NCBI RefSeq assembly: GCF_036321535.1
Contig: NC_087437.1
Coordinates: 36,644,001 to 36,708,000 of the forward strand
DNA: 64,000 bases
Direction: 5' to 3'
DNA from: Camelus dromedarius
Lineage: Eukaryota
In this document: piece after piece, positions 51,785 through 64,000 of the stretch
Layout: each line of letters begins with the position of its first letter
Numbering within the stretch: the first letter of the stretch is position 1
Made by a program: the position numbers and the translations under genes
The notes under the pieces: model-generated
What the model was told of the DNA's origin: nothing
Seen by the model: only the letters and a program-made list of their open reading frames with translations
Databases searched by the model: none

Positions 51785-52799
51785 TTGGTCTTTATCATAT
51801 TTCCATTTAGTTCACCTGTCAGCTTTTTCAAGAAACCGGATGGATCATGGGAAAAAAGTATATACACTACCTAGACTTAACCACATATTAGGCCCAATTG
51901 CAGCTCTGTGTATGATATTTGTATTAGTGTTAAAAAAATTTATAAGGTATTAGGTTCAACTCCCTGGGGCTTGTGTAATGCCAGATACATAAGCAATGCA
52001 ACCTCCAAGGCATAATCTTCAGTCTGGAATGTTACATCAAGGAGAAGAGCATGCAGGGATGGGCACACAACCACGGGGTCTCCTAGCCAGATCATGTACT
52101 GCACCACCCAGAAACTTCAATGCAGTGCTGTGTTCTCAAAGGAAAGGCTATCTGGGCCTCTGCCCCTCTAGGTTAAGTAGGAGGAACTCTAATTACTATC
52201 ATTTCTAATGATTCAGAAGGGCAATTATGCTCCCCTTTACCACAAATCTGGGCTTTGAGGATTCAGAAATACTGGTTCATCAAAAGAGGTGCTCTCTTGC
52301 CAGGGAACACAAAAAAGATATTAGTGAATTACCTGCCATAGCTGTTGCCAAGACATTTTGAACTCTGTGCCCAGGTACTGGCAGGTGAAAAGAAGAGTCA
52401 CCATACCAGCAGAGTGTGATCAGCAGGAGTAGGGCTGCTTTTACACAATCTGGACAAGAAGGCATATGTGTGCAAGCCACATAGTCCACATAGGTGCCTC
52501 TTAATGCTCCTGTGATCCATCTGAACTGCAAATGAACTTGTGCAGCAAGCAGATCAGAGAATATTGAGGTTTCAGTAACAGAAATTTGGGACACAGCATC
52601 AGGTTAACCTACTTCAGTGATAGTTTAAGTTAAAGGGAAATTAGAATGGATGGCAGTTCGGGAGATGATTAGTACCAGTTGTGGTTCAGCTGAAGTGATG
52701 GACTAACCTCATTCAGGCAAAAAGGCACTTGGGAACCATGGAGGAGCTATACTACCATGAACCTATATGGAAAATAGATTTGTGTGGCACAGTGAAGAC
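51785..52799 (+). mobile_element. ERVL internal fragment (HERV16/ERV3-16A3-like) with a pol RT remnant
   Basis: About 51802-51850 translates FPFSSPVSFFKKPDGSW, compared with ERVL RT SPFNSPVWPVxKxDGSW. It runs into a degenerate PPT directly before the LTR. Confidence 0.75.
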
Positions 52800-53096
52800 T
52801 GGTGGTTATTAAAATAAAGCTCCAACTACAGGGAATGCATTTGATCAAGTAGCTACTCTCTAAAATCTGTAATCCTCTTTATTTGGAGACCATGCTTTCT
52901 ATGGACGCTCCCAGCCAATGATGGAGTGCAGGAGTGACATTTATACAGGCTTGTTTCTGGAAGAGATGGGGTTCCTCAGATGGTCAAAGTTGGCTCAAGG
53001 ATTTCCTGTTCTCTCAAGTAGGCATTTGCCATAATACAATTCTTCCATGTTAAATCTTGCCTTGATGTTGGCTTTTGGAGGAACCAGGCTAACACA
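52800..53096 (+). mobile_element. LTR16A/B-like ERVL 3' LTR, internally deleted
   Basis: CCCAGCCAATGA CCAAT box and end TTGGAGGAACCAGGCTAACACA. Confidence 0.8.
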
Positions 53097-53389
53097 TATT
53101 TGAACTACTAAATGATAGATTATGAAAACACTCAAGTGTCCTGGAAAATATCAAATTACAAGGAAATTATATCAATTTATAGTTCTACCAAGACTGTAAG
53201 TCAGAATTACTTTGGTTAAACCTTTTAACCAACATTGTTGCATTATAAGTATTTTTAGTTGGACAATATGTTAGGTTTCAAATCCTACCCTAATTTAGCT
53301 ATAATTTGAATTTTCTTACTTTCTGTTTTAGTTGAACACCTTTTATTTATTGGCATTTTATATTTTCTCCTAAGTAAAATGTGCTTCCT

Positions 53390-54715
53390 TAAATTTATTT
53401 TTAATACAAATTGTATATGTTTAAGGATGCATGATAATTAACATATATATACACACATACTGGAATAATTATAATCAAGTTAATTAACACATCATCTCCT
53501 TAGGTGGTTTCCAATTTTTGGTGATGATAGCACCTGAAATCTACTATTTTAGTAAATTTCCAGTATTCAATACACTATTATTAACCATAGTCATTCTGCT
53601 ATACATTTGATTTCCAGTACATTTATTCGTCCTACATAACTGCAACTTTGTACCCTTGGACCAATACCTCATTTCATCTACTTCTCTCCACCCCTGAAAA
53701 TTAGCATTCTACTCTCTGCTTCTATGTATTTAACTTCTTAAGATTCCACCTATAAATGGCAATCATGAAGTTTTTTCTTTATTTGTTTGTCTTATTTTAC
53801 TTAACACAACGTTCTCCATGTTCATTCATGTTGTCACAAATGGCAAAATTTCCTTATTTTTAGGACTGAATAATAATCCGTTGTGTATATGTACATTTTT
53901 TTGATCCATTTATCTGTTGATGAACGTTTAGGTTGTTTCCATGCCTTAGATGTTGTGAATTATGCTGCAGTGAGTATGGGAGTTTAGATATCCCTCTGAG
54001 GCATTGATTTCATTTTCTTTGGGTATGTAACCAGAAGAAGGATTGCTGGATCTTATGGTAGCTCCATTTTCAGTTTTTTGAGGAAACTCCATACTGTTTT
54101 CCATAATGGCTATACTAATTTACATTCCCACAAACAGCATACAAGGGTACCCCTTTCTCCACATCCTTGTTAACACTTTGTATCTTTTATTATTTTTGAT
54201 AATAGCCATTCTAATAGATGTGAGTTGATGTCTTATTGTGGTTTTGATTTTCACTTCCCTGATAATTAGTGATATTGAGCATCTTTTCATGTACATGTTG
54301 GCCATCTGTATATCTTTATTGAAAAAATGTCTATTCAGGTCTTCTGCTCATTTTTTGTTGTTGTTGTTGTTGTTTGTTTTTTGCCATTGAATTCTATAAG
54401 TTCCTTATGTATTTTGGATATTAACCCCTTATTGGACACATAGTTTTAAGTATTTTCTCTCATTCCATAGATTTTCTTTTCATTTTGTTGATTGTTTCCT
54501 TTGCTGTGCAGAAGATCTGTGGTTTGATATAGTCCCACCAGTTTATTTTTGCTTTTGTTGCATAAAGTTTGGTGTCATATAAAAAACAAATCATTGTCAA
54601 GGTCAATGTCAAGGTAATTTCTCCCTATATTCTCATCTAGGAGTCATACAGTTTCCGGTCTTGTGCTTAGGTCTTTCATACATTTTGAGTTGATTTTTGT
54701 TTATGATGTAGGATA
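53390..54715 (-). mobile_element. L1MA8/9-type L1, 5'-truncated
   Basis: ORF 54120..54305 reads [37 protein letters not shown] (ORF2p C-terminal region), followed by an L1MA-type 3' UTR. Confidence 0.92.
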
Positions 54716-54954
54716 AACACACTTTCTTAAATTTGCCTGTATTTCTATTGAGTTGTTTATATGTTTCTCGTTGATATTAATTGCTTACATATTCTAGATA
54801 ATCAACTCTTTTTGGAAATAAGTGTGGTAAATATTTTTTCCTTGTTTGTGTCTTGTGCTTTTATTTTTAAAATAATGTTTTGATGAATGGAAACATTCAA
54901 TAATCAAATATTTCAATCTTTTCATAAGCAGTTTGTGGTTTATTTATCTGACTT

Positions 54955-55404
54955 AAGGTCAGTTTCCTGGCCTTGCTTACTTGTATCTCATCAGGGTGTT
55001 TTCAGCTTTTTAGACTGATCTAAGTTTTCCTGTTCACTAGCCTACACTCACAGTAATCCTGAGAGAGGCTTTGAGATTTCTAGTCTTGGCCTACAATTTC
55101 TTAGGTGCCAATTTTGGCCTACTAACTGTAGGCCATCTCTGCAGGACAGCCTGACAAATTTCTCCTCCATCCATGAGTAGCGACCATACCTTTTCCTGCC
55201 AGATCTAAATTACAACCTTGGGAGAGACTCTTTGCCAAATTTATCCTTCCCTTGAATAATCACCCTCATACTAGAATATTGTTTAGTGGTTTTGTTACTT
55301 TTTATAGTTAATCACCTATTATAATTAATAATTATTGACATTTAAGTCTCTCATTCAAATTATTGTGAAATTTTATTCTCCTAATTGGACCCTGACTGCT
55401 CATA
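54955..55404 (+). mobile_element. Old ERVL-class LTR (LTR67B-like, subfamily uncertain)
   Basis: Ends TTCAAATTATTGTG...CTCCTAATTGGACCCTGACTGCTCA, like the ERVL LTR terminus GGACCCTGACTGATACA. Confidence 0.6.
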
Positions 55405-56744
55405 CTGTTCTCTATAATTTTTAATGTTTTCTGAAGCCATTAAAAATAGTTTTTCATCTTTTTAAATCCCTTTTATTCACTATGTCTTTAGATTATAATA
55501 TTTTATTTTGTATTCTTAAACAAATTATTTCTGATCATTCTTAATATATACATTTGTATATTTATATAGATATATATCATTATGCTCTGTCAAAATTGAT
55601 CCTATATAGAACAATAGGCTGATTGTAAGGGAGATTTGACTTTATTAAAAAAAGAACCTTATTTTTAGTAAAAATCACTTGTACAATAATCTGTTTATTC
55701 ACAATTATATTCCCATTTTAATTTGTATAACTCTATAATACTTATTTCTTCTTGCATATAGTTTTCCCCAAGGGAAAGACTGAAATTACATGCCTTGTCA
55801 ACTTTGTGGGTGATTGTGTGCTTCATAGACAGGAATATTTACTTTTTCTATGTGGAGAGGGTGAATTATGTATATTAAAAAATGAAATCTCTATCCTTTG
55901 TTTAAAAGTGAAGTCATAGTAAGCCAGCGCTATTTCTAAATAAAAGGGCATCATTTTTTCCAAAAAATTCCTAACATTTCTAATTTGTATAAATTGATCA
56001 ATATCATTACAAATCACTCTTCTAAATTTTGTTAAAGATTTTTAACAACAAAACAAAAAAAACTTTGGAAATTTTTTTCAACTCAGAGTCACTCATGGTT
56101 GCTGAGCATCTTCAGACAGTCCTCACCTTGTTCACAATTGTAGGTTTTTGAAAATATTAAGTTATGTTTTACCTTAAAAAATTATTCCTGCTCCTCTCCT
56201 ACTATTCATTATATTTCATAATGATCCTGTATACTAAATATTCTAGAATTAAACCCCCAAAGAAATGTGAAAACTATTCATTGTGATTTTCTCTTTAAGG
56301 TATACTTTTATTACTCATTGCCAAGTTATGTACATGTTGGGACTACAGTATAATTTTATAAATATGTTTTAATCAGTTAATGCTTATTCCTTATAATTGT
56401 GAACCTGACATGAGAAAACTCATATTTCTTCTTATTATTATTAATATTATTTTGGTTCAGAGTAGTGCTAAGTTTCTCTCCTAAGTGAAAAATAAATTTC
56501 TCCGAAGAACTTAGAAATGGTACAGTGATATTGACAAGCTATGGCCCTTAACCAATTCACATATGTTTCTATAAGGAACTTCAAGACTGCCTGTAAACAA
56601 GTATTAAGTTTTTAGGTATTAAACACAAGTAGTATAGTCTAAGAGCCTTAGTCAATAAATGGCACTGCACTCTTTTTCTGTGTTGGAAATTTCTCATGCA
56701 TTATCTACATATTTTCACCTACCTTTTTTGTGTTCACCATTGCT

Positions 56745-57295
56745 GTAACAGAGAGTAGTTGAAGGTTTATCCTGAAAACACCTTGCTCAGCTACATCCCG
56801 TATCTTTTGTTTCATGCTTTCAATATTCTCTCTCTGCCATGTGGATGCCTGCAGGGACTTGCTCAACCATCTGTTACACGTAGAGCTCTTTTATAGCTGG
56901 AGTGAAAAATCTTTATCTCTTATCTCTATCTGATTTTTGACCCTTGGCTAAGGTAGGAGAAGACCTATATGTGCAGTTGAAAGTTGAAAATTTCCTAGTG
57001 GTCACAAATAAGTTCTTTACTGATGATTTGCCTCTGGCCTAATCAGTTCAGTCAGCTTTTCTTGATTAAATGACTGGGGAAGTATTTAAAACCCTCACCA
57101 GGAACTTCTGCTTTGAGTTCTTCTAAAGCTGGAGAGAGAGCAGGGTCATGAGTGAATAAGGTTTTCAGGGGAGTTTGTACATAGAGTGTCTCTAGGACCA
57201 CTGACACTTGCCTGCACTCTTATTTTCTTACTAGCCATATCATTTGTTTAAATTAAAGTGTTATATGAGTATGCTGTTTGTTGTCTGTTGAACCT
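56745..57295 (+). mobile_element. Possible old LTR (family unassigned)
   Basis: Higher-GC block with CCTAATCA, TATTTAAAA and ATTAAA in LTR-like order. Confidence 0.35.
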
Positions 57296-57329
57296 ATTCA
57301 AATACCCACATTGGGGAAATCTTTATATG

Positions 57330-57667
57330 TAAGACAAAGATGTAAGATGTAACAACTCTGGACAACCTTTGATTAGTGAGCAGCAAAAGCCAAAAGATAC
57401 ATATTCCCCTCATTTTTTTCTCAGAGGAACAATTCTGAAATGCATGATAAAAGTTTCCTTAGGCTATCTCTAGCAGCACTGATCCTCAGTATCCCACAGA
57501 AGAAACTAACTCATTATTCACTGTTAGATTGGCTTTCCATTCTTCCCTGTTGCATTCTTCCCAGTATTTTCATTCCTAGCCTCTGGGATCAGTTTACCAA
57601 ATGAATTGCATGGCTGCAAACCTTGGACTCAGATTCTGATTTCTGAAATAAACTCAAGCTTAGAACC
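57330..57667 (+). mobile_element. LTR16C/E-like ERVL LTR
   Basis: ACAATTCTGAAATGCAT, CAGTATCCCACAG and CTGGGATCA...CAAACCTTGGACTCAGATTCTGATTTCTG motifs. Confidence 0.7.
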
Positions 57668-57879
57668 TTAACAAATTGCTATTTTTCCTATTCTTTTTAA
57701 AAATTTTATGCCATAATATTTTTACTGCCAGATGCTAAATAGCTATGAAATTTTAAAATAAAACTGATTACGGTATGTAATAATTATTAAGCTGCATAAA
57801 CTAAAATTGTGCCCATTTCTTTGGTGAGAATAATTCTGGATTAAATGAATAATCTGTTCTGTTTTAGTCTTTACTCTTC

Positions 57880-58920
57880 ATTTAAATGCTACTCAATATA
57901 ATGAGGAAATATTGGTTTACGGATACTATCCAAGAATTTTCCTGAAATGTACAAAGGATTGAATCCTCAAAATGAAAATACCACTGAATGTTAAGCAGAA
58001 TTAATTTTAAAAACCAGCACTGATATGCATTGCTTTAAAATTGAAGTTCATTAAGGAAAACTATGATAAAAGAAAATGAGTGATAAGGAAACAGAATTAT
58101 AAACTGAGAGAAGACTAATTATTAACGACGATAGATGGCAAATGTCAATGAGTAATAATCTCAAAATTCCAAGGGGAAATTGAAATTAGACCTTTGTATC
58201 CAACAAGTTAATCAACATAAATATATATGAAGCTTTCCAGAAATGTTAATACTATTAGATCTGTTAAATGAAAAATTTGAAGCTCGGAATATGTAGGGTA
58301 AAAGTATAAACAATATACTTCAAAGAGAAAAAAAGGAATTAACAATGTATAGTAAAATATAACGAAAGAAGTAAGTCAATAGTACATTCTGGCAAACCTC
58401 AAAAAATATGATTGTGATAACATAGTAATTATATAATTATGCATTTAAATGCAATTATAATTAAAATTCTAGACAAAATTCTAAAAGAATAAAGGTCTGT
58501 GACCTTAGAATATAGGAATAAGATTTTCAGATGGAAGTGAAAATCTATATAAGAATCTGACGAGCATAACTTGTGTTATTCAGGACTAGATTAAAGATAT
58601 GACTGAATTCAGACTTGGTTAATAATATACATGTTACAAGTTTAAAGCTAAAGGTTAAAATAATGTTACTGTAGTTTGTAAAACATTTACATCAGAACAA
58701 GAATAAAAGGTGGCTCTAGAGTAAAAGGAAAATGCTATTAACCCAACATTAAGCTAGGGCACAGAAAATGTATACTATACACTCATTTCTAGTGGGAATG
58801 TAAATTGGAACAGTTACTTTAAGGAGTAATTTAAAATGATCTAATAGGAATTTAAACACTCATAACTTGTGACTCGGTAATTTCTGAATATACACTGGAG
58901 AAACATTTGAAATAAAACTC
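57880..58920 (+). mobile_element. Very old L1ME-like fragments
   Basis: AAGAATTTTCCTGAAATG...GAATCCTCA (ORF1-like) and CTAGTGGGAATGTAAATTGG (ORF2 end). Confidence 0.55.
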
Positions 58921-59789
58921 AAATATTAGTTTAGGTAGTTTAGGAAAACATTTACTATTTTTAAAATGGTGTGATTAAGAACACATTAGCAACTACCTCT
59001 GCCAGCTATGATGGAGCAACTGCCACAAACCTAGCAAAGCCACCCTAGGCAGCTGCACAACAGGCAGCCCAGAGCAGGAACTCCTGAATAAAGGGAAACC
59101 CAAAATGAAAGTTACAAAATCTCTTCTAGAGCTATTGATTTAAAACTAAGGAGTTAATAACATACTAGACTATCACCACTGTAAAATAACTTCTAAGTCT
59201 ATTTTTGAATCCAAGATGAGATTTACAAAAGGCCCTTGTACTTCATTTGGACTTTTAAACATTTATTTATTCAAGGGACACACTGAATTTTGCATCTAAA
59301 TTTTAAAGTGAGTCTTGTTTTGATATTTATGGTTGAAATACTTCACATCCTGTATAAGTACAAGGAAAGAGAACATGGATCCACATGAATAAAAAATAAT
59401 TTGACCCTAGATTCTACCAGAAAAATGAACAATGAATATAACAAATGAAAAAAAATGTAAAATGCTAACGGATTTAATAGTATTTCTAAATGCAGCAGGA
59501 GCATTGACGTTCAGATTTCCTGACACAATACTGAAGTTGTTTTTTGCTTTCTTCCTTAGAGCAGGCCAAAAAAAAAAAAAGAAAAAAGCCAAAAAACAAC
59601 GGGTAGTGTGAGACAGACAGAGGCAGAGCCAGAGCCAGAGACAGAGAGGAGAGAGAGAATGGGGTTCACTATGTATTACCTAGAAGGTGGGAGAAAAAGT
59701 AAAAGAATAAAGGTCTGTGACTAGTAACGCCTTTCCACCCTCCCATCTCCACCTTTATTTTTCTCCTTATTTTCCTATCATTTTATGTG

Positions 59790-60392
59790 TACAAAGGTTA
59801 GGTCTTACATATTCCCTGGAAGCCTTTCCTTACACTTCTCATCAATCATCATTATTTTAGGTCAAATTAAAATTTTGTTCAGCTAGACAGATTCAGACTA
59901 TAAGTACTTCCTGCTGGTTTCTTCCACTCCATCCTATACTCTTCCTTCTGCAGTAAAACACAAATCTAATTCTATTGTCGTCCTACTTAAAAATCTTCTC
60001 CTCCTTATCATGTGTAAATTAAATCAAAACCTCTGGGTACACAATTTATATCTCTTTGCAGTCTGGCCTTTTCTAACTTCTCCTGCTTCAACCCTGATGT
60101 TTCCTGTGTGCCCCAACTATGCTGTTTATTTTTGTCTTTTTGCCACTTGATAGAGGACTCCATTGCAGCATCCATCATGGAATGTTTGTATATATGTACA
60201 CGCATATACTTACATGCAAACACACACACATAAATATATGCATTTTTTACATGTCTTTATTTCCCATTATGCTCTGAGCGGCTTAAGGCAGTGACTTCCA
60301 AACATTGTCCAGAATTGGCAAAATGTAGGAAAACATAAATATTTGTTGAAAGATTAAATCATTAGGAATGAGTGAATGTATAAATAAATGAC
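59790..60392 (+). mobile_element. L2 3' fragment
   Basis: AAAACACAAATCTAAT...CCTACTTAAAAATCTTC and terminal AAATATTTGTTGAA...GAATGAGTGAATG. Confidence 0.75.
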
Positions 60393-60923
60393 ACCTTCCA
60401 CTACCTGTTCCCAGGCCTATGAAGAACACATTTTTTCTTGACTACAAACTTCTCTAAAATACAAGATCTCATCAACATCAGCATCTTAGAAGTTGGTAAA
60501 ACTAGTATAGATAAGCAATACTATATATTCAAGAGTACCCATAAAATTAAGCAAATTCACTGACTCAAAAACATGAATAATACAATTCCTTGTAACACTC
60601 TTCTTAAATTATATAAAATAGGAAAAATTTGGTATCAAAAATTGACTTTCAGTTAAGATTCTTAAGAGTGCATTTTTGAAGGTATATAACAAAATTCTAA
60701 GATATGCCAATACATCAAAACTTAGAATTTAGCCAGAAAAAGAAAATTGAATCAAAAATAAAATGTTTTGGAGTATAGGTTAAACCATAAATATATACCA
60801 TAGTTCTAAGGTAGAAATAAGATTTACTTTTGCCATATTCCTGAAGCAACTGTGATCATTAGAGAAGCTTATAAAAAATATGAAATACTGAACACTGCAG
60901 AGGTACTCATTGTAATTCATTAG

Positions 60924-61095
60924 CATATACATATACACACTTTACGTATGTATGTATAAAGTGTATATATATATAGTCTGTACATATAGATGCATACATA
61001 CATATATATTGCACATATAAACTATGTATACTGTGTAATACATACAGATATATACATATACTGATATATACATGTACAGTAAATATTACATATAA
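60924..61095. repeat. Degenerate (TA/CA/TG)n low-complexity tract
   Basis: Directly visible alternating purine-pyrimidine sequence. Confidence 0.9.
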
Positions 61096-61224
61096 AATCT
61101 TCAATTGTATCTTTTATAAATGCTTATTTCCCATATTAGGGGCAGTGATAGTTTTATTTTATTACACACACCCTTACTGGATATCTATATATGCTAGACA
61201 ATTTTCTAGACCTATTCAACAGTC

Positions 61225-61860
61225 ACTAATTTATTTTTAACAATTAATTAATTCATATTTTCAATACTATTTCAGCCCCAACAAAGTAGCAGCCCTATTA
61301 TATACCTTGAGAATAGAGCAGTGAGTATAAGCAGCAAAATCTCTGTCATCAGTGTTTCACAGTATAGACAGTGCGTCAGCAAATTTTTTTCTGTAAATAT
61401 TTTAGGCTTTATGGGCCATTTCATCTCTGTTGTTGCAACACTCAACTCTACTATTGTAGTATGATTTCAGTCCCCCCCCCCAAAAAAAATACATATATGT
61501 CACCTAAGTGAATAAACATGGCTCTGTGTTTCAATACAACTTTTCAAAAATGAATGGAGCACTAAATTTGGTCTTTAAGCCATAGTTTGCTATGCCTGGT
61601 ATAGACTGAGTATTAAGTAATTAACAAATTTTTTTACAAACATTGGAAAACAGTTTGTGCTATTAAAAAAAGAAATACAGTAAAGCAAGTTGTTAAGGAA
61701 TAGATGAGGTATTAAGTTGTTAAGGAATATTAAGCAAGGACTTCTGTGAGGAAGTAAAATTTAACTAGAAAGCTGAAAAGAGAAAAGAGCCACATCAATA
61801 TCTCAGGAAAATGCATACCAGGACCAGGAAAAGGAGAGAAAGACATGAAATGGTCTGTGT
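61225..61860 (-). mobile_element. L2 3' fragment hosting MER58A
   Basis: ATTCATATTTTCAATACTATT tail, GAGGAAGTAAAATTTAACTAGAAAGCTGAA and GGAAAATGCATACCAGG motifs. Confidence 0.6.
61369..61598 (+). mobile_element. MER58A hAT-Charlie MITE with 8-bp TSD
   Basis: CAGTGCGTCAGCAAAT...TAGTTTGCTATGCCTG inverted termini. GTATAGAC is duplicated at 61362-61369 and 61599-61606. Internal GTAAATATTTTAGGCTTT. Confidence 0.9.
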
Positions 61861-64000
61861 CATTAATAAAATAATTAAAATTTTGGAATGTATTGTGTAA
61901 TCAAATAGGAGAACAGATTTAATTTGCTAAATCTGTAATATTACTACATTATAAGACAACCTCCATACCTTCAGTAAAGGTTGTTTTCTTCACTTTCCTA
62001 TAGTTATGTATATTTTTTGCTTAAAACCCTAATTATTGGTATCTAATGTCACTAAATGATGAGGATACAAGTTCCATTCATTCCTTGAAGCTGAATATAA
62101 TTATTGAATATTTAAAAATAATGAGATATTCTTATAATCACTGTTAAGTACTTTACCTGTGTATAGAGATAAATAAAAGATTATTCTTTGTTATTTTGTA
62201 TGGATAAATGATATTTTTCTCATGAGCTAGAGGAAATTATCACAATGTTTGCCCAGGTGTTTCTCACATGCTTACAGAACTGAGTGGTGCTATTACCAGA
62301 CTCTACTTTCTCTCTTTAATAGCCAGAGTACAATTGTGGAATTGTGATATGTGCTGTAAAACAATTAGTTTTTGAATTATGTAATTGCTACCTTTTCTCT
62401 GTTAGTTTTACTCCCCTTCAACTGAGTTAAATTTTCTTTCCTCTTTCTTCCTGAATATTTTCTCTATTAATGTACATAGAAATACATTTTAGTCCCTCCT
62501 TGTAATTTCTAGTCACCCATATCTGCTTTTTAAAAACCTATATAGTCCATAACCCTACTCTTATGGATTAAGTATTAAAGAAACAAGGGTGTGGTCTCCT
62601 CTCCAGCTAAAGGTACCACAGTCATAATTCTGAAGGCAGTTGAAATCTGAGACTTTCAGCACTCAAGTTTTTCATTAGGTGACCTTTTTTGAAACAAACT
62701 ACAGATGGTAGAGATACCCATCTATAAGCTATCAAGTTGTGTACATGGCTCTGTACTAATTACTCCCAAACTCTGATTTTTAGAATGCCTGACACATGAC
62801 ATTTGGAATTTTAGTTTACAGAGGCTTTTTCTAAACAGTTTGCTATGCTGTCTTGTAATTTTCTTTGGAAATATTTTACTATTTGAATAATTTTCCCATC
62901 AGAAATTCTACCAGATAAACCTTAAACAAGGTTCTTGACTCTTGAAAAATAAGGAGTTTAACAGTCTGAGAAGACTATAGCACAGAATATTACAAGGTTG
63001 TTATTACCTCCTGCAGCTCCTGACAAAACATTCAGTACTCTAGAATACTGGGAACACTATTACACGTTTACTTCCGATCTCAGTAAGGAGTGGGACGAGC
63101 AGCCCTATGTAGCGATGGACCTCTGTATAGAAAAGTGAAGAGAAATTTGTTCTTGCAACAATTTGTATTTTTCAGGTCTTTTCATTTTGATTCTTTGGGA
63201 GAAATATGGTTGCTTAGGAGAATCTTCAATAGCACTTCTTCTTGGAATACAGTGTTTCCCGAACTTAGTTCAGTATCTGAAACATCACCACAAGATTTCA
63301 GATTCTTGAATGTTACTTTGTGTTGTCTTTATTCTAAATGGTCATAATTGAATGCCATCCTTTGCTTCCTTAAACAGCTAAATAAGGAAAGTTCATTTAG
63401 TTTAAACAATTGGAAATATGTATGGAGGTAAGGGTAGAGTAATGGTTTAATTTTTTCTGCCTGTGATATTTAAAATCCAGTAACATATGCCTCAATGAGC
63501 TGAATATATAGGAAGGACATGGCGTAGGTGGCAGGAAACAAAATTATGTATCATATAAATAATTCAAAACAAATCATCCAAAATTATCTTAGCAAGGTAA
63601 TTTCAGATATAACATTGCAAACTATCTAATTCAGAAAATAGTATATTTGCAAATACGATTAAATGAAGTCTCATCCTAACAAAACAGTCTGAGGGCCATG
63701 TTTAGGTCAGACTGCTGCATATACCATTACCTTTCTTGGTAATCTCTTTGTTCTCTATTTTCTTCAGGTAACTCCATTACTTTTTTTCTTTTCATTCCTC
63801 CATATGGCTTCACAAAGGGAGAAATAGAGGAATTACAGGGCAGTGATAATCATGAGCAATGAAGCATGAAACAGTGGTTCTTCCTCTTGAGGTCATGATC
63901 TGTGTTCCTTTATGCAGCAGATTGATACTCAGTTAAGTTTTAAAAATGTTAAAGATTGGGCTGATTACTCTGTTTATCTCTACTGTTTGTTATCTTTTTC

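Noticed and set aside
51996..52594. Two ORFs (70 aa and 104 aa) in GC-richer sequence
   Set aside because: They fall in the ERVL internal remnant and show no intact retroviral or host domain.
63090..63347. 85-aa plus-strand ORF
   Set aside because: GTG start, no recognisable protein, and no convincing donor site for an exon in this frame.

Overview
This is AT-rich, CpG-depleted eutherian mammal DNA, probably cetartiodactyl and plausibly camelid. That assignment rests on the young L1 3' ends, the ERV1-type LTR, and the absence of any Alu, Bov-tA/BovB, PRE1 or Can-SINE that I could recognise. The window looks like a gene desert or a very large intron. I find no supportable host protein-coding gene, RNA gene, CpG island or CRISPR array. 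The recognisable ORFs in the track are decayed transposon fragments (Tigger1 transposase, L1 ORF2); the rest are antisense, low-complexity or unassignable. A large fraction is interspersed repeat: many nested L1 fragments of different ages, a ~1.9 kb Tigger1 interrupted by a young L1, MaLR (MLT1) LTRs, an intact ERV1-class solo LTR with a 4-bp TSD, an ERVL internal fragment with its LTR16-like LTR, L2, MIR, MER58A, MER94 and microsatellites. Family names come from my recall of consensus sequences, not from a search. The most interesting signals are structural: two twin-priming-like L1 inversions, a recurring pattern of short fold-back or templated insertions at repeat breakpoints, and a few unique islands with candidate splice sites or TF motifs (CTCF, NF-kB, IRF). 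I do not see convincing evidence of a novel biological system.
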